The position numbers were made by a program, and so were the translations under genes. Source: Catajapyx aquilonaris (taxonomy: Eukaryota). Taken from it: 64,000 nucleotides of DNA. Location: NCBI GenBank assembly GCA_000934665.2, contig KZ538013.1, positions 1 through 64,000 on the forward strand, given 5' to 3'. The notes under the pieces are model-generated. The model had not been told where the DNA came from. It saw nothing but the letters and a program-made list of their open reading frames with translations, and ran no database searches. How positions within the stretch are numbered: the first letter of the stretch is position 1; each line of letters opens with the position of its first letter. This document shows positions 12,865 through 25,482 of the stretch, piece by piece.

Positions 12865-14426
12865 GAGAATGTCTGTTTTATCCACATAAACATTGTCGAA
12901 GAATAAAATGGGTTTGTTCCAGATCATAATGACTGTAACATTTGAAGATATTATGCAGAGTGGACAGGGGGTAAGAAAACCCAGAAGAATCCCTCACGAA
13001 AATAAAACTGAGCGTTACAAAATACAGTTTCATTAATTGTTGCAATTAACATAATAAATCAGAATTGGACAGTGATAGGATGAATAGCAACAGCTTTTTC
13101 TGCATCCACAAGCAAAAAATCGAGAAAACGTCAAGTGTTAGCATATTTTCTACAGCAAGTCTGCTCTCGACGGTTACATAAAATCAAGGAAGTCCTATTA
13201 ATTGCCATTTCCACAAATATATGCGGTCATTACTTTCAGTTCCATGTTGAGCACTTCACATGTCGGAAAATGAAGGTGACTTGTTCGCATGTCCAACTAT
13301 TATAACACGGGAACCTGCAGGAAAAACCATCCTGTCGTATAGCGGAAATATTGACCAATGTCAACACTTTCAAACACAGCAGTTGTAGGTGCAAAATGAC
13401 AGAGGAAATATCCAAGGTTCAGCCATGGTCGCAGGCATGTCCAAGAATATAGTGACAGCTGTGGAAGTGCGTGAGTGACAAGCAGGATTTTCTGATGTAC
13501 TTGTCCTACTAATTTTTTTCCAGTTGGAACTTCGGGCCTCTGTATTGGGAAGTTTCCGGTCAAATAGAAAATGCCATGCTACAGAATTACACATTAAGTA
13601 CACTTGCGTTTAATGTCGCAACAAAGAGCAGGCTACATGGTGAACTACTGCATACAGGCAGAGGACAGGACACGCTGCGACAATGTATTAAAATGAGCAC
13701 ACATTGTAAAGACATTCCAAAAGCACGTATATCCAGCAGTTTTTCAGGCAGGATTTCCGACTTTGAGAAAGCACCCTGAAAACACAGGTAAAAATGCAGG
13801 GAACTTGCCACGACAGGAGGGAATTACGTACTGTACTTGCCATAATACTGTTATTGCATCGTATGCTTGTTATTTAAAATATGCCATATAACTGCTGTAT
13901 TAATCCTTACAAAGTTGGTAATTTATCATGTTATGGATCCAGCCCTAGAAATTGTGTAATTATTATTTATGAAGTTGAAACATCGCCCGGTATTTATGCC
14001 TTATCAATAAACCTACTGTGCATTATTAATATTGTATATAACATGAGTTACCATATTATATTTATGAGGCTGCGCATTTTGCTATGAGAGAGCAGTGAAT
14101 AAGTGTCATGCAGTCATGGAAAAACCTCATTGCATTTTTGACTCCTCACGAAACATGAAATCGTGTAGTGAAACAAAGCTGTCAATCCATGATGACACAT
14201 AACAGGGATTTGCATCCTCCAAATGACACGCAAATTAAAATTGCGTGACAAGTCAGCAAAAAAAGGGAGATCCCCTGATGTTAAGAATCAGAAGGCAAAC
14301 CAACATTCATCTCGCATCAACTTCCGCTATGTTATGATTCACAATACTTGGAAACAATACACCTCAACTTCCCCCCTAATCACGTGACAGGTGACTCGCA
14401 TGTAACAGATATGGTTTTAGTTAATT

Positions 14427-14456
14427 TATAAGCTTCTGCCTGTAGGTGCGAGCAGT
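14427..14456 (+). promoter_or_regulatory. Candidate TATA box plus initiator-like element for copy 5
   Basis: TATAA at 14427-14431 and GCAGT about 25 nt downstream, roughly 50 nt before the caccATG at 14505. Confidence 0.35.
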
Positions 14457-14504
14457 ACGAGCTTATGGTGAACTGTGCTGGGGGCTAATAAGGTGATTGG
14501 CACC

Positions 14505-17500
14505 ATGCAACGATTACTTATTTCTGCAACTGTTGCATTGATTTTGGGTTCTGCCATAGCAGATGCGGTAAGCAGAATTTTAGATATTGTTAATAAGCTT
14601 CAAAACCACTGTGTGATAATGTGTAATCACGCACAATCCCAGACGAGTATAAGGCCCAATATTCACCTTCAGAACGTTGAATATGCATAATTACAATTAC
14701 TTATGCCTCCAGGGCGTAGCAAGGTATTCCACATGCCGCACATAAGAAACTGATCGGCTATAATAATCTTTTACGTACAAATACTGTAACCTGAGATGTC
14801 AGCGGAAGAGATGTTCATTCTGAATATTTTTTCAGCAACAAGTGCATCTACCAAATGGAGGCAAAGGACCCCTTTTGAAGAGGACGAATGGAGGCGTGCA
14901 AGGTAGTTTTTTAAAAATACGAACTTGCCACTGCAATTTCAATTTTTATCTTACGCTGCAGGTGTTTTATTATTGTAATAGAACCGATATAGCTTCTCGC
15001 AGTCCATAGCCAAATAATAATACCCTTATCTAACCAAACACCGCGGCCCAAACGCAATAACTTGGGTGACGAGGACCCCCCCCCCCCTCCCTGGAAGACG
15101 AGGACCCCNNNNNNNNNNNAAAAAATATTGAGATTAAATTAATTCGAAGTTCAATATTGTCTCAATTTTTCTCCAACGTAGTACTTTTAAAATTATCGTA
15201 AATATTTATGATACCTTGACGAAGACCTACGTTATCGGATTTGAGTTGGAGTAAGTTATTATGGGTGGGGTAATGATAGGATAGTGGATATGAATTGCCA
15301 CAAGCAATTAGTGATGCGAGGACATAGGTGAGTATTATTTAATTATTGTGACAAATTGGTGATTGTGACATATTCTTACAGGTGTGGCTTCTGGAACGTA
15401 CACTATGGAATGCGGTAGCATCAGAAGTATCAAATCAGGCGGAGGAAAATTATATTGGATGTTTCATGCACAAGTCAGAGTAGTTCCAACACGCAATAGT
15501 AATTTTTAGATCGATCGTTTTTTTTGATTAAAACCATTTACTACTTCAGGATGGATGCCTCTTAACTCTGCAGTGTCCTTGTCGGAGTCCGTTTGGGAGA
15601 AAGTGCCGCCGGGAAGGGCCTAACCAAGAGTGGTAAGTTATGTGAAAAACTCATTTAGATAAAGAAAATAGTATTACAGTACGGCAGTTCAAAATCCGAG
15701 TGTTACTGTTGCTTATTTCATGCCACAGTTTCTCTCTCCCCTGACCCCACATTTAGTCCTACCACTCACATGCATCCTAAACATAGTCCTATCGGGCATA
15801 CGATACACCACCAGTTATTATTGGTACGATGCATATTGTACTTTTTTCAATGTTACAGTAGTGTCATTTGATTTCAGGAAGTGTCAAGATGAAGAAAATG
15901 CAAAGCTTTACATGGAAGAGAAAAAGATTAAAGTTGACTTGGACCCTAATAAAATACAAGATTTCTTCTGCTACGTGTACGCTGCAAAAAAAGGTACGGT
16001 TTTCCAGTTAGTGCCCGTTTTACGCCCGTAATTGGTTACAGCAAAATGCGGCGCGCGGTAAAGTGAAAAGGCGTATAACGAGAAAAAATTGTGTCGGACG
16101 TAAAGGAAATAGATTCAAATATTTCCACACTTATCCCTCAGACAGTACTTATATTGGTGTTTTTAATGCTGACTATTATTTTGAAACATTTATTAGTATA
16201 TGCATATTTAATCGGAGGTTCCAGGTTGAGGGTCATGGGTTCTGAGGCCTCTTTTGGCAAGAATTGGTACACGTAGGGTATTTAACAGACTTCGGAGAAG
16301 GCCGAGGACAACAATACCGTACGTACTGTATTTATCGATAGACTCTGCCACAAAGCACCACGAAAAACAAAAAAAATAGCATTTATGGTTTTGTATTTGG
16401 ACTCAGAAGTGTTGCAGTGATGTGTTTATGTTCAGATTGTACTGTTATCGTCAAATGTCCACAAGTGTTCAATTTTTAAATTTTTAAACGTTATTTTCAA
16501 AACGTCGTTTATGTGAAACGGCGTAAAGCAGGTACCTACTGCACTGTAGTTAGTATATCGAGATATATTCGGCATTGTTAGAATCCCCCCTGTAATCGGT
16601 GTTACTCCATATTAATGAATCTGAATTAGGCTAACTACGAGTTTGAGTTAGGTATGGCGGTAAGTTTGGCGTCAAAAATCATTTAAAAACCGTTGATTCC
16701 AAATATGTGGCCAGTTTCAGTAACAAACGTAGCGTAAAATTTATATTTCAAGACAACCAAGTTTTTAAAAACTATATAAGTTGACCATATAACGATTAAA
16801 TGAGTCGTCTTTTTGCTTGAAAGCACTTGTGTTACTTTAGTTACTAAAACTGACGGCATATTAATTTTGTACGTAATCAATACCTTTTTTGTGATTTATG
16901 TTAGTTCAACATATCTAAATATCGAGCAGTCTTAGAGCATCTGAGCAAATCGCATGTGAGTTCAACATGAAACTGAGATATGCTCGTTATCATGAATGTA
17001 TAATTTCAAGTAAATCAATCTTTTCTTTTGAAATGGTTAGGATACCCATTTCACCCCAAAATTATGGTACTAGTGTATAAAGAATTGAAGCACAATAAAT
17101 GGATGTCCCATACAATAGAAATAGAAACCTTGCTTGTCAATTATCTTTTAATCTTACATAGTCTATGTAAAGCACACACTTTTTTGGTATTAATTCATTT
17201 ATGGTCACGGCTACCTAACCCACTTCTACACCTCTGAGAGAGCTTAAACTTGGCACACTGATGTATTACATGCCCCGGATTGCAGGAAAAGTCCTAAAAT
17301 GCACAACTTGTGAAGCTAAATATCAAAAATGTAGGTTTTTGGTCTGCTCCTACTCTCCCCTCCACCTCCCTCCCCCCTTCCCTTCTCGTGCCATATCCAA
17401 ACTACACTGTTTATCCCATGTGAATTTTACTCTTATTTTTCTTTTTAACAGTGCATTCACATTAGAGAGGAGTACGCTGGACACAAATATTTTGTGGGTT

Positions 17501-19820
17501 ATTTCGGAATGCTTCCATTTCTTTCCACTTTCCAAAACCTCTCTCCCTCTATAGATAACCTTATGTGCTTTGGTAAAGTCTTTGGCTCCCCCAATCAGCC
17601 AAACAACCAACTGATGGCATATTGACATTGCAAAACAGCAGCAAGAAAATTGTCACGAAAATAGATCATACAATGCCGCATTTACTGTACAAAGCTGTGT
17701 CAAAAACCAACAGATAACAGTTTGCTCAATAATGTGCCAATGAAATAATCTGCGAAATGGTTATGAAAGTGAAATTTACGGCACAACATTACACTTTGGG
17801 ATAACTTTCTTTGAACATATACCCTGGCCTATTACTTTGAAAACAAACAAAAAAATCCTTATTAGTTTTGAGGAAATTCATCTGCTGCCACCGAGTAACA
17901 ACACTTAAATTTAATGTTAATAGAATCAATATCATTTTATCAAACTATTGCAGCACGTCACTACAATAAAGGCAGTTTATTGTACGTGGAAACGGGATAG
18001 TAAAGAGGTCGATTATGTCAAAAGTACAAGGTACATAAAATTCAATCCGGATATAACAGACTTCAGGAAAAAGTATGTTATAACCGAGGTCTGTAAGCGA
18101 TTTCGCCACTTTTGAAACGAATACAAGCGAAGATTTCTGCTTTCAATATGCCTATAATGCACACTATTGCACACTGATGAATGAAACTATCCACAAAAAT
18201 GCAAAATTAGCTCACCCAAAAATTATACAGGGCGAAAGAATCCTAATTTTCTGAACAGAAAAAATGTACTCCTCAACCTTGCGGTGCAAAGCATGCGAAT
18301 AGGAAGCTTATAGATCAGTGACAGATGCGAAAATCACCCCCGCTCCAGTATTCTATCTCTGCTTTCCTGCGCGTGGGAAAGGGAGCTATGAGTAATCAAA
18401 AACACCATATTTGTCTACCGAGGGGCCAAGAAATGGTCTGTTACAGCCGACGTGAGGTGAAAATGAGTATGTTATGTCAGGAGTAAAAAAATACCCCAGG
18501 CCTTATGGAATGTTGGAAGAAAGAAGAAAGGAAAGGCTGATATCTCTCTCTTATAGTATGTCTCCTGCCCCAAAGACCAAGGTCCGGCTTGGGAGACCCT
18601 GCCAGTAGACGAAGCTTCCAACAGCAGGGGACCCGTTCTGTGCACGGGGATTGGTAAATGAAAAGATCTCTGTATAATCTGAAGGCCTTTTTTCTCCGTG
18701 CGAAGAACTGGTACCGCAGCTAGTCCTGATATACATCTGCTTCATTTTTTTCTTATCCAACGTTTTGTTCAGATGCTTTATGCTGTGTCGGGTATAAGAA
18801 TTGACTTCTCGGTTTCTTGTTGCACTAACAAAGATTCTTTCAGGACGCAAAGTACCCATGCCCAAGGTGAATTGCCGAGGAGGAGAAGGAACAAATCCAG
18901 GAGGAGTCACTCAATATCCTCTCACGCAGATAATAACTGGCACTACACAAGTGATAATTATTACCACACAAATAGTGTACGTGACTAATCAGCCTGCCTC
19001 TCAAGTATATGTGACAAATCCGCCACCTGGAGTTGTCACTCGAGTTGTCACAAAAATAGTTTATGTAACCACTCAGCGACCCGCCACCAGAGTCGTCACT
19101 AGAGTAGTTTACGTCACTAAGAGGCCTGCAGCCACGACACCACCTTGCTGCTGCACTAAAGTAGTTACCAAGAAGAAAGTCGTCACTAGAGTTGTCACCT
19201 CCAAGAAGTTAGTTAAGAAGCCCATCAAGAAACCAGTCAAAAAGAAACCAGGAAATAAGAAACCAGTCAATAAGAGGCCCGGCACTAAGAAGCCAGGCAC
19301 AAGGAAACCAGGCACAAGGAAGCCCGGGACAAGGAAGCCCGGGACAAAGAAACCTGTTAGAACCACCAAGAAACCAGTTGCCACCACCAAAACACCGTCT
19401 GCTACCACTGCTACTGCTACCACTGCTACTACTGCTACTACCACTCTTAGTGCTACTACCGCGAAGGTTACAACTACTACCGCGAAGGTTACAACTACAA
19501 CCACCAAAGTGACCACTCCCACCACCAAAATGACAACTGTCACGACAACAACCACTACAGTCACTACCACAGCACCGACTGCTCCACCTGTCACTGTGCC
19601 AACCTTACCTCCCGTCACCGCACCTACCATACCACCAGTCACCGTACCCACATTACCTCCCGTCACAGCACCCACATTACCTCCAGTCACAGTACCCACA
19701 TTACCTCCCGTCACTCCGCCAACCTTACCACCTGTCACCGTACCTACCTTACCACCCGTCACTGTGCCTACATTACCGCCTGTCACTGTGCCTACATTGC
19801 CTCAGGTTCCGGGTGGGTGA
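14505..19820 (+). CDS. Secreted Cys-rich/Thr-Pro-tail family, copy 5 (most divergent, about 465 aa, long block-repeat tail)
   Basis: Exons 14505-14567, 14836-14902, 15382-15473, 15550-15632, 15878-15993, 18844-19820 (1398 nt), same phases. Signal MQRLLISATVALILGSAIA, DGCLLTLQCPCRS, FFCYVYAAKKG, then VVTRVV, CCC, (K/R)KPGT, Thr-rich and (PPVTxPTL)9 blocks ending PGG*. AATAAA at 19970. Intron 2 contains an N gap. Confidence 0.82.
15109..15119. other. Assembly gap (11 N)
   Basis: N run preceded by poly-C and a duplicated gacgaggacccc. Confidence 0.99.
16011..16535. mobile_element. Possible degenerate MITE in copy 5 intron 5
   Basis: gtgcccgttttacgcccgt (16011) is an imperfect inverted match to acggcgtaaagcaggtac (about 16518-16535). 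A similar gttttacgcccgta occurs at about 11105. No TSD identified. Confidence 0.3.
19584..19799 (+). repeat. Coding tandem repeat, 9 x 24 nt (PPVTxPTL/I)
   Basis: Nine octapeptide units; synonymous positions vary between units. Confidence 0.95.
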
Positions 19821-20509
19821 GTCTAAGACGCGATGGAGAGGGCATGCCTATCCATTCTGTGACCCAATATTGTATACATGTCTCGCTGATAACTCCAGCG
19901 ATTTTCGCACTCTATATAATTTTCCAGGTTTTCCTGGAACCTACTGTATAGTATGTGTGCATCTCTTTAAATAAAATATTGCCGTGCTGATTTATGTACC
20001 GTATGTTAATCTGTTATGTGTTGTTGTTTTTTGCCGACATCGTGCAATGATTTTAAATTCGGCGTTTCTCAGCAACCTGTTACTTGCTTTGTCAAGGTTT
20101 ATGAAATGGGAAATATCCCTGGAAATTGTTTCGCTTGGGATAATTCCCAGTTATCCAGAGAAGAACCACTTTCTCATCATGTATATCATGTGAGTACCGG
20201 TACCAATAAACTGACACTCACATGCATAGGCCTACTAAGTGCATAAAAATAAGTTCCGCGTAAGTCTGCATTCTTTCATTGCTCCAAATAAGCATCTAAT
20301 TTTAAAAATAATTATATCGAGAAATATTTCATCAGTGCAGTTAGGTTACAACCCATATAATTAGAACAATAACTCCATAAGAAAATGAAGTACTGTAGCG
20401 TATAAAACTAATAATTTTAATATAGTCACCAAGAAAAGCTAACATTTTTTCCCATGCATTTATCTTCGAGGAAATTAAAAATTGTGTGCGACCAAGTCTG
20501 AAGCTGAAC

Positions 20510-21055
20510 ATGCTGGGCCTGCAAATGACTCTGGCAGAGCTAGAAAAATCCATGCAGGAGGACCTGAGTGTCAGGTTGGCCGAAACTACTGCCAAGGCCA
20601 ATCTTCAACTAGCTATAGAGCATATGTCCATCACAATATTGGAACAACAGAATGACTACAAGAGGCTCCAAGGTATCATCGGTTATTCATTAACAGTCCT
20701 TGTTAATAACCTATCGAAATGTATACTTCCAGAACAAATGGAAGAGCTAAAAACCATTCGAAGGCAAGAAAGAGAGAGGATGTTACAAGCTTTGAATCAG
20801 GCATTGTTATGGAGAAGTTGGTATTGCCAGGCAGAAAGGAGATGTGTGGCCCTTCGGAGGACACTGCAACAAAAAGCCAAAGTGTCTATAGAGCTATGCG
20901 TCAAATTCCTCCAACTGCGACAGAAGGTGGTCCAGCAACCATCGCGAACAACGCTTTCGGGGTTTGAAAGCGACTTCAGCGAAAATACATTCTTGGTTCC
21001 ATCTGAAAGCCAACACAATGTCGAAAGGCCAGTGGGAGATCTGATCATCTTCTAA
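20510..21055 (+). CDS. Putative coiled-coil protein of unknown family (start uncertain)
   Basis: Open frame rich in E/Q/L/R/K. A probable 60-nt in-frame intron at 20673-20732 (GTATCA..CTTCCAG) joins KRLQ-EQMEELK when removed. AATAAA at 21141. No homology recognised. Confidence 0.45.
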   Translation: MLGLQMTLAELEKSMQEDLSVRLAETTAKANLQLAIEHMSITILEQQNDYKRLQGIIGYSLTVLVNNLSKCILPEQMEELKTIRRQERERMLQALNQALLWRSWYCQAERRCVALRRTLQQKAKVSIELCVKFLQLRQKVVQQPSRTTLSGFESDFSENTFLVPSESQHNVERPVGDLIIF

Positions 21056-22388
21056 AGAAGTAAAGGTGGGGAAGATGCATCAGGCTTATCACATATCATA
21101 TTTGCATGACTATGGTGCCTTGGAGTTACACTATGTGTATAATAAATAATTATTTACATCATAACTGCTGCTATAATTTCTAGCCCTTGTTAGAAGGTCA
21201 CAGTATGTATATTAGCTGCTAATATTGTTCAAGACGAATGGGTTTCATCTTTCATGCAACATAATATTAGTAGCTGCAACTTGTGATAACTATTGAAATT
21301 AACAGCATACAACTAAGCAATTAGTGCCAAAACTTGTTTCAATTTTAATTGGAACTTGTAAAATCTATTGTACTTGTATATCTGGCTACTGTGTCATGAT
21401 TATTTATACTCCTCACGTCCCGTCGCGAAACTGGCAGCAAGGCCGATGCATCAAGCTACGTATTTCATCTTGTGAAGGTCCATAATAATTATACAAAGTA
21501 TATACGTAAATGAGCATATAGGCTATTACTGCAGCAAGTACGAAACGGCAATTAACCATGCAGTCAGCCCATTCAGCCATTAAGCAATCAATGTGTTGTT
21601 GTTGTTTTTGCCAAATAACCTTGGCAGGTTCTGTCAAGGAAGTTTAACTACACGACCGAATTCAAGGTCGAATGATACATCTGAGGCGGGCGTGATTATT
21701 ATTAATTAACCAGGTTCGGACAATCAGAAGAATAATTTGGTGAATCTCGTAGTGTCAGAGGGTGAACCTCTCATGTAAGATCACAGAGCACCTTTGGTGA
21801 GCCATAGCCATAGGGAATGTTTGTGGGAATTTGGGACATCTTAGGCTTCCCACTATCGAGTCCACTCGACGCACCGTAGGCGATACCACCGATCCAAGTC
21901 AACTACCAGATAGTTTTTTCCAACCTGCGCACGATCCGTGATAGTGTCCGTGATCCATACAGCACATGATGTCTGTCGCAGCAACGGCCCGTAATTTGGT
22001 CCTGTGGGCGAGGATCCCACTCCTTCTGCTGCCCAGGGCCAACTGCCCCGGGCTCCTCGTCGGGGCAACCCTGCAGACTCCACCGGTGGGGAGGCCCAGG
22101 TGGATGGTGACTTCCACCTCCAGCCAGACCAAGGCAGCCAGGTAAAGGGGGATGGCAGGGGCAGGGTAGGGGCAGGGTAGGGCGTCACACGCAATGCAGC
22201 CCGCAGGTGTCATCGCCCTAGTTGTTTACATACTGTCCACTCTCAAGGTTGCAGGCGGTTGATTACGGCTAGTTGCCTGGTGATCAGTTGAAAAACTGGC
22301 AGCCAAACAGCCACTGAAATCTGAGACTGGGCACATACCCCACACTGTTGCAATGATACATGTGACTGACTCTTGCATTGGTTTCCAG

Positions 22389-25300
22389 GACAGCCCACAA
22401 GGTGTTGGTGGGAGACATCAACATTCACTACGAGAGAGTTGGGAAGGGACCACATGCCATCCTCTGCCTGCCAGGGGCACTGGGTACGTGTCTACCTTTG
22501 CATGTGTTATCCTGTAGGTGGGTTGGGAGCAGATATCACTTCTCAGGAATTGCAAAATACTGAAATTTTTGCGACATAAGAATTAGTGTTACTGCCAGCT
22601 GGCCTGCTGGAAGGGGATAGTCAAAGAGGTTTTTAACTAAAACTATGGTAGATTGAAATAAAAATGTGAGTTGCAGATTGTACTATAGGCCATCCTGTCT
22701 CACCTCTGACACATGTTGCTACTCTTGCTAGGTACACTAAATGGCAACGAAATATATCCCAGAAAGGATTTGAAGTAGGTATGAGGTTAGGAAAAATAGG
22801 ATTTATTGGATGCTGTTATGCAATAATGAACCAACCCACATGAGACCAGTTTTCAGAAAAAGGGCTTTGAATGTCACGCCTGTGAAATTAATTCAGTGTC
22901 CTTTTCAGTCATTTATGGCAGAAGTATGCAGATTTCATCAGCTTTATTTTAACTGAATGAAGTACAATCCTTTGGGTATAATAATATGTTCCTGGGCTTA
23001 ACTCAATTTTGACATTTTTGTGGGTTGACACATTATTGCATAACACCGTCCAATTAATCCATTGATTAGTAGCTCAGGCCTGCTAATGCACCCAAGACCC
23101 CCTGTTATTATCACCTATCTCTATGCAAACTTTGGTGGTCACTGGCATTAAAGCTCGAGCCCCCAACACCATTGAAGTGACACAAATATCATTTCATGGC
23201 TTCCATATATTACATGTTATGGACAAATGTGATCAATGGCCTACTTCAAGGAGGGTGTAACTGAACTAAACTGGAGCTTACATTAGAAATGTTCTGTGCT
23301 ATGCATTATATCAAGCTATCCAAAAGTAATACTGGAGTCAGTATAATTTACTGCATTTAAGTGAAGTTATCTTCCCACTTCATTATGGGACTTACACTTG
23401 ATAACTGCTCCCATACAGGTTCAGCGCAGACTGACTTTGGTCGTCAGCTGGAAGGACTGAACCAAGAGAATTTGACTGTGATTGCCTGGGATCCTCCGGG
23501 TTATGGCTACAGCCGACCTCCAGACCGAGACTTTAGTGGTGAATTTTTCCAGCGTGATGCTGATGTAGCAGCAGGGCTCATGAAGGTTAGTGAATTCACT
23601 GAATTGAGATTGAGATATTGGGATGTTTCCAAGCTACATTCAGCTGATTATACTTCCAAGTAAGACTGTCCCGTGGACTACCAATGATTTAAATTTGGTA
23701 CATTAACCACTTCACAAGTCTTATTTGATGCCCTGTTATCAGCTAACCAAACATGACATTGAGGTGATTGCTTGACAATGGATTTAAAATGATGAAAGGG
23801 TCTTATAATAATTCTTCTTTCTTTTTCCATGGGTCAACTTGTGAGATGGTGTTGTATGTTAATTTGGAAATTTCATTAAAAAAATGTCTCTGTAAAAATC
23901 AATTTGAAAATGAAACACAATCAGACACATGGACATGATTGCGAAGTATATTGAGGAAATGTAATTGTTAGGCTTGGGTAAGGTCTCATACCAGTCAACT
24001 GAAGTAGTTGAAAACAGAATGACAGCAGTGGCAATAAAAATTCAATAGCGGACCCCCACCCATCAATTTGAGCCCAATCAAGGGTGGGTGAGGCTGACAC
24101 CCAGATACGAAATGGAAGGTGGAAGAAAATGAGAGGTGCATGGCTGGTGTGATAGCACTTCTCGTCTAGTGTGAATTGATTTCAAGGTGTTTTGGGAACT
24201 CAAACGGTGTTTGAAAGGCAACTAATTTTCCAGTAATACTGAGGTGGGAAGTTGCATGTCAATTCTCTATTTATTAGCAATCACTGTTCACGCACAGTTA
24301 ACTGCTAAGATTTCATTTTATTCTCCCTTGTTGAATCAACCACTTTTTGTTCAGATGGCCATGTTGTAGAAACCTAGGATGCATTTACCTGCATATGTAC
24401 AGAGTTATAACAGCGATTTTTTGCATATGTTCCCTCAGACTTTAGGGTTTGATCGCTACTCCCTCCTCGGCTGGAGTGATGGAGGCATCACTGGTATCAT
24501 TTTGGCTGCTCGGTATCCCAATGCAGTTCGGCGCCTTGTTTCATGGGGTGCCAATGCATATGTGACAAAAGAGGACATTGACTCGTATGAAAGTAGGTTG
24601 GACATACAAGGTGTCCATGATGAGAGTGATGGATTGCAAAGCACTACTGCTCGTATATCTTGTTGTTTACCCAAACCTTGCCTCAGTCTGTAATCTACAT
24701 GCTGCATGTGAGACTATGTGAGATGTCTTTTAATTGCTTGTTCTATTACCTCCTAAGAAATGTATGCTCATTCTGAGGTAGGCTTCACTTGAAATTTTTT
24801 GTGCTGCCATTACTGCAGAGGTTTTTCTGCATGCATTAGACTAGTTACAAGGTCTCCTGAACCTTTTCAATTGAAATGTCCATTTTTCATAATAGAAGTA
24901 TGAAGTCACATCATGGGCAGTGTGTCATTGCATAGAAGGTTTGGCTAATGCATAAGCAGTTGTTTTGTAGTAGATTACTCGATAATGGACACCATATTGT
25001 GTAGTGTGGAATGAGGACAAGAACACAGAAATTTGTGTCTTTTGCAGGAATTCGCGACATTGACAAATGGTCTGAGAGGATGCGTGCTCCCATGATAGCA
25101 CTCTATGGGGAAGAGTACTTTCGTCGCACATGGAGTGACTGGGTTGATGCATTTGAGCACATATACAAGGAAAATGGTGGGAACGTTTGCCAGGATGAAG
25201 CATCTCGAGTGGTTTGTCCCACTCTAATTATCCATGGGGCAAAGGATCCTCTAGTGGGCATGGAGCATCCAAATTACCTTCACAAGAATATAAAAGACTC

Positions 25301-25482
25301 CAGGTCAGAGTTTACATCCCATGGATGGGGTGGGGTCAATGTGAGAGCCCAAATTAATTACAGACTGTATGACTATTACTCCTCTCAGATTGATTGTGAT
25401 GCCTGAGGGGAAGCACAACCTCCACATCTCATTCGCCAAGGACTTCAACCAGGCAGCAGAAGATTTCCTGGCAGAAGATTAA
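22389..25482 (+). CDS. BPHL: Valacyclovir hydrolase / biphenyl hydrolase-like alpha/beta hydrolase (first coding exon unresolved)
   Basis: Exons 22389-22483, 23419-23585, 24439-24592, 25048-25303, 25389-25482. Motifs: LPGALG, AWDPPGYGYSRPPDRDF, nucleophile GWSDGG, PTLIIHGAKD, GKHNLH. AATAAA at 25515. Confidence 0.92.
22799..23060. mobile_element. MITE-like element with 42-bp terminal inverted repeats in a BPHL intron
   Basis: ggatttattggatgctgttatgcaataatgaaccaacccaca (22799-22840) vs reverse complement of 23019-23060, ggattaattggacggtgttatgcaataatgtgtcaacccaca: 36/42 match. Non-coding AT-rich interior. Confidence 0.75.

Noticed and set aside
12351..12927. Minus-strand poly-(GLVV) and Cys/Gly/Ser 'metallothionein-like' ORFs
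   Set aside because: Alternative frames of the (RPTT)n repeat on the opposite strand.
16333..16340. DRE motif TATCGATA
   Set aside because: Single intronic 8-mer, not near a predicted start site.
19109..19786. 225-aa minus-strand ORF
   Set aside because: Antisense shadow of the copy 5 repeat exon.
21853..22213. GC-rich minus-strand ORFs upstream of the BPHL exons
   Set aside because: No recognisable domain or splice support; possibly a TE remnant.
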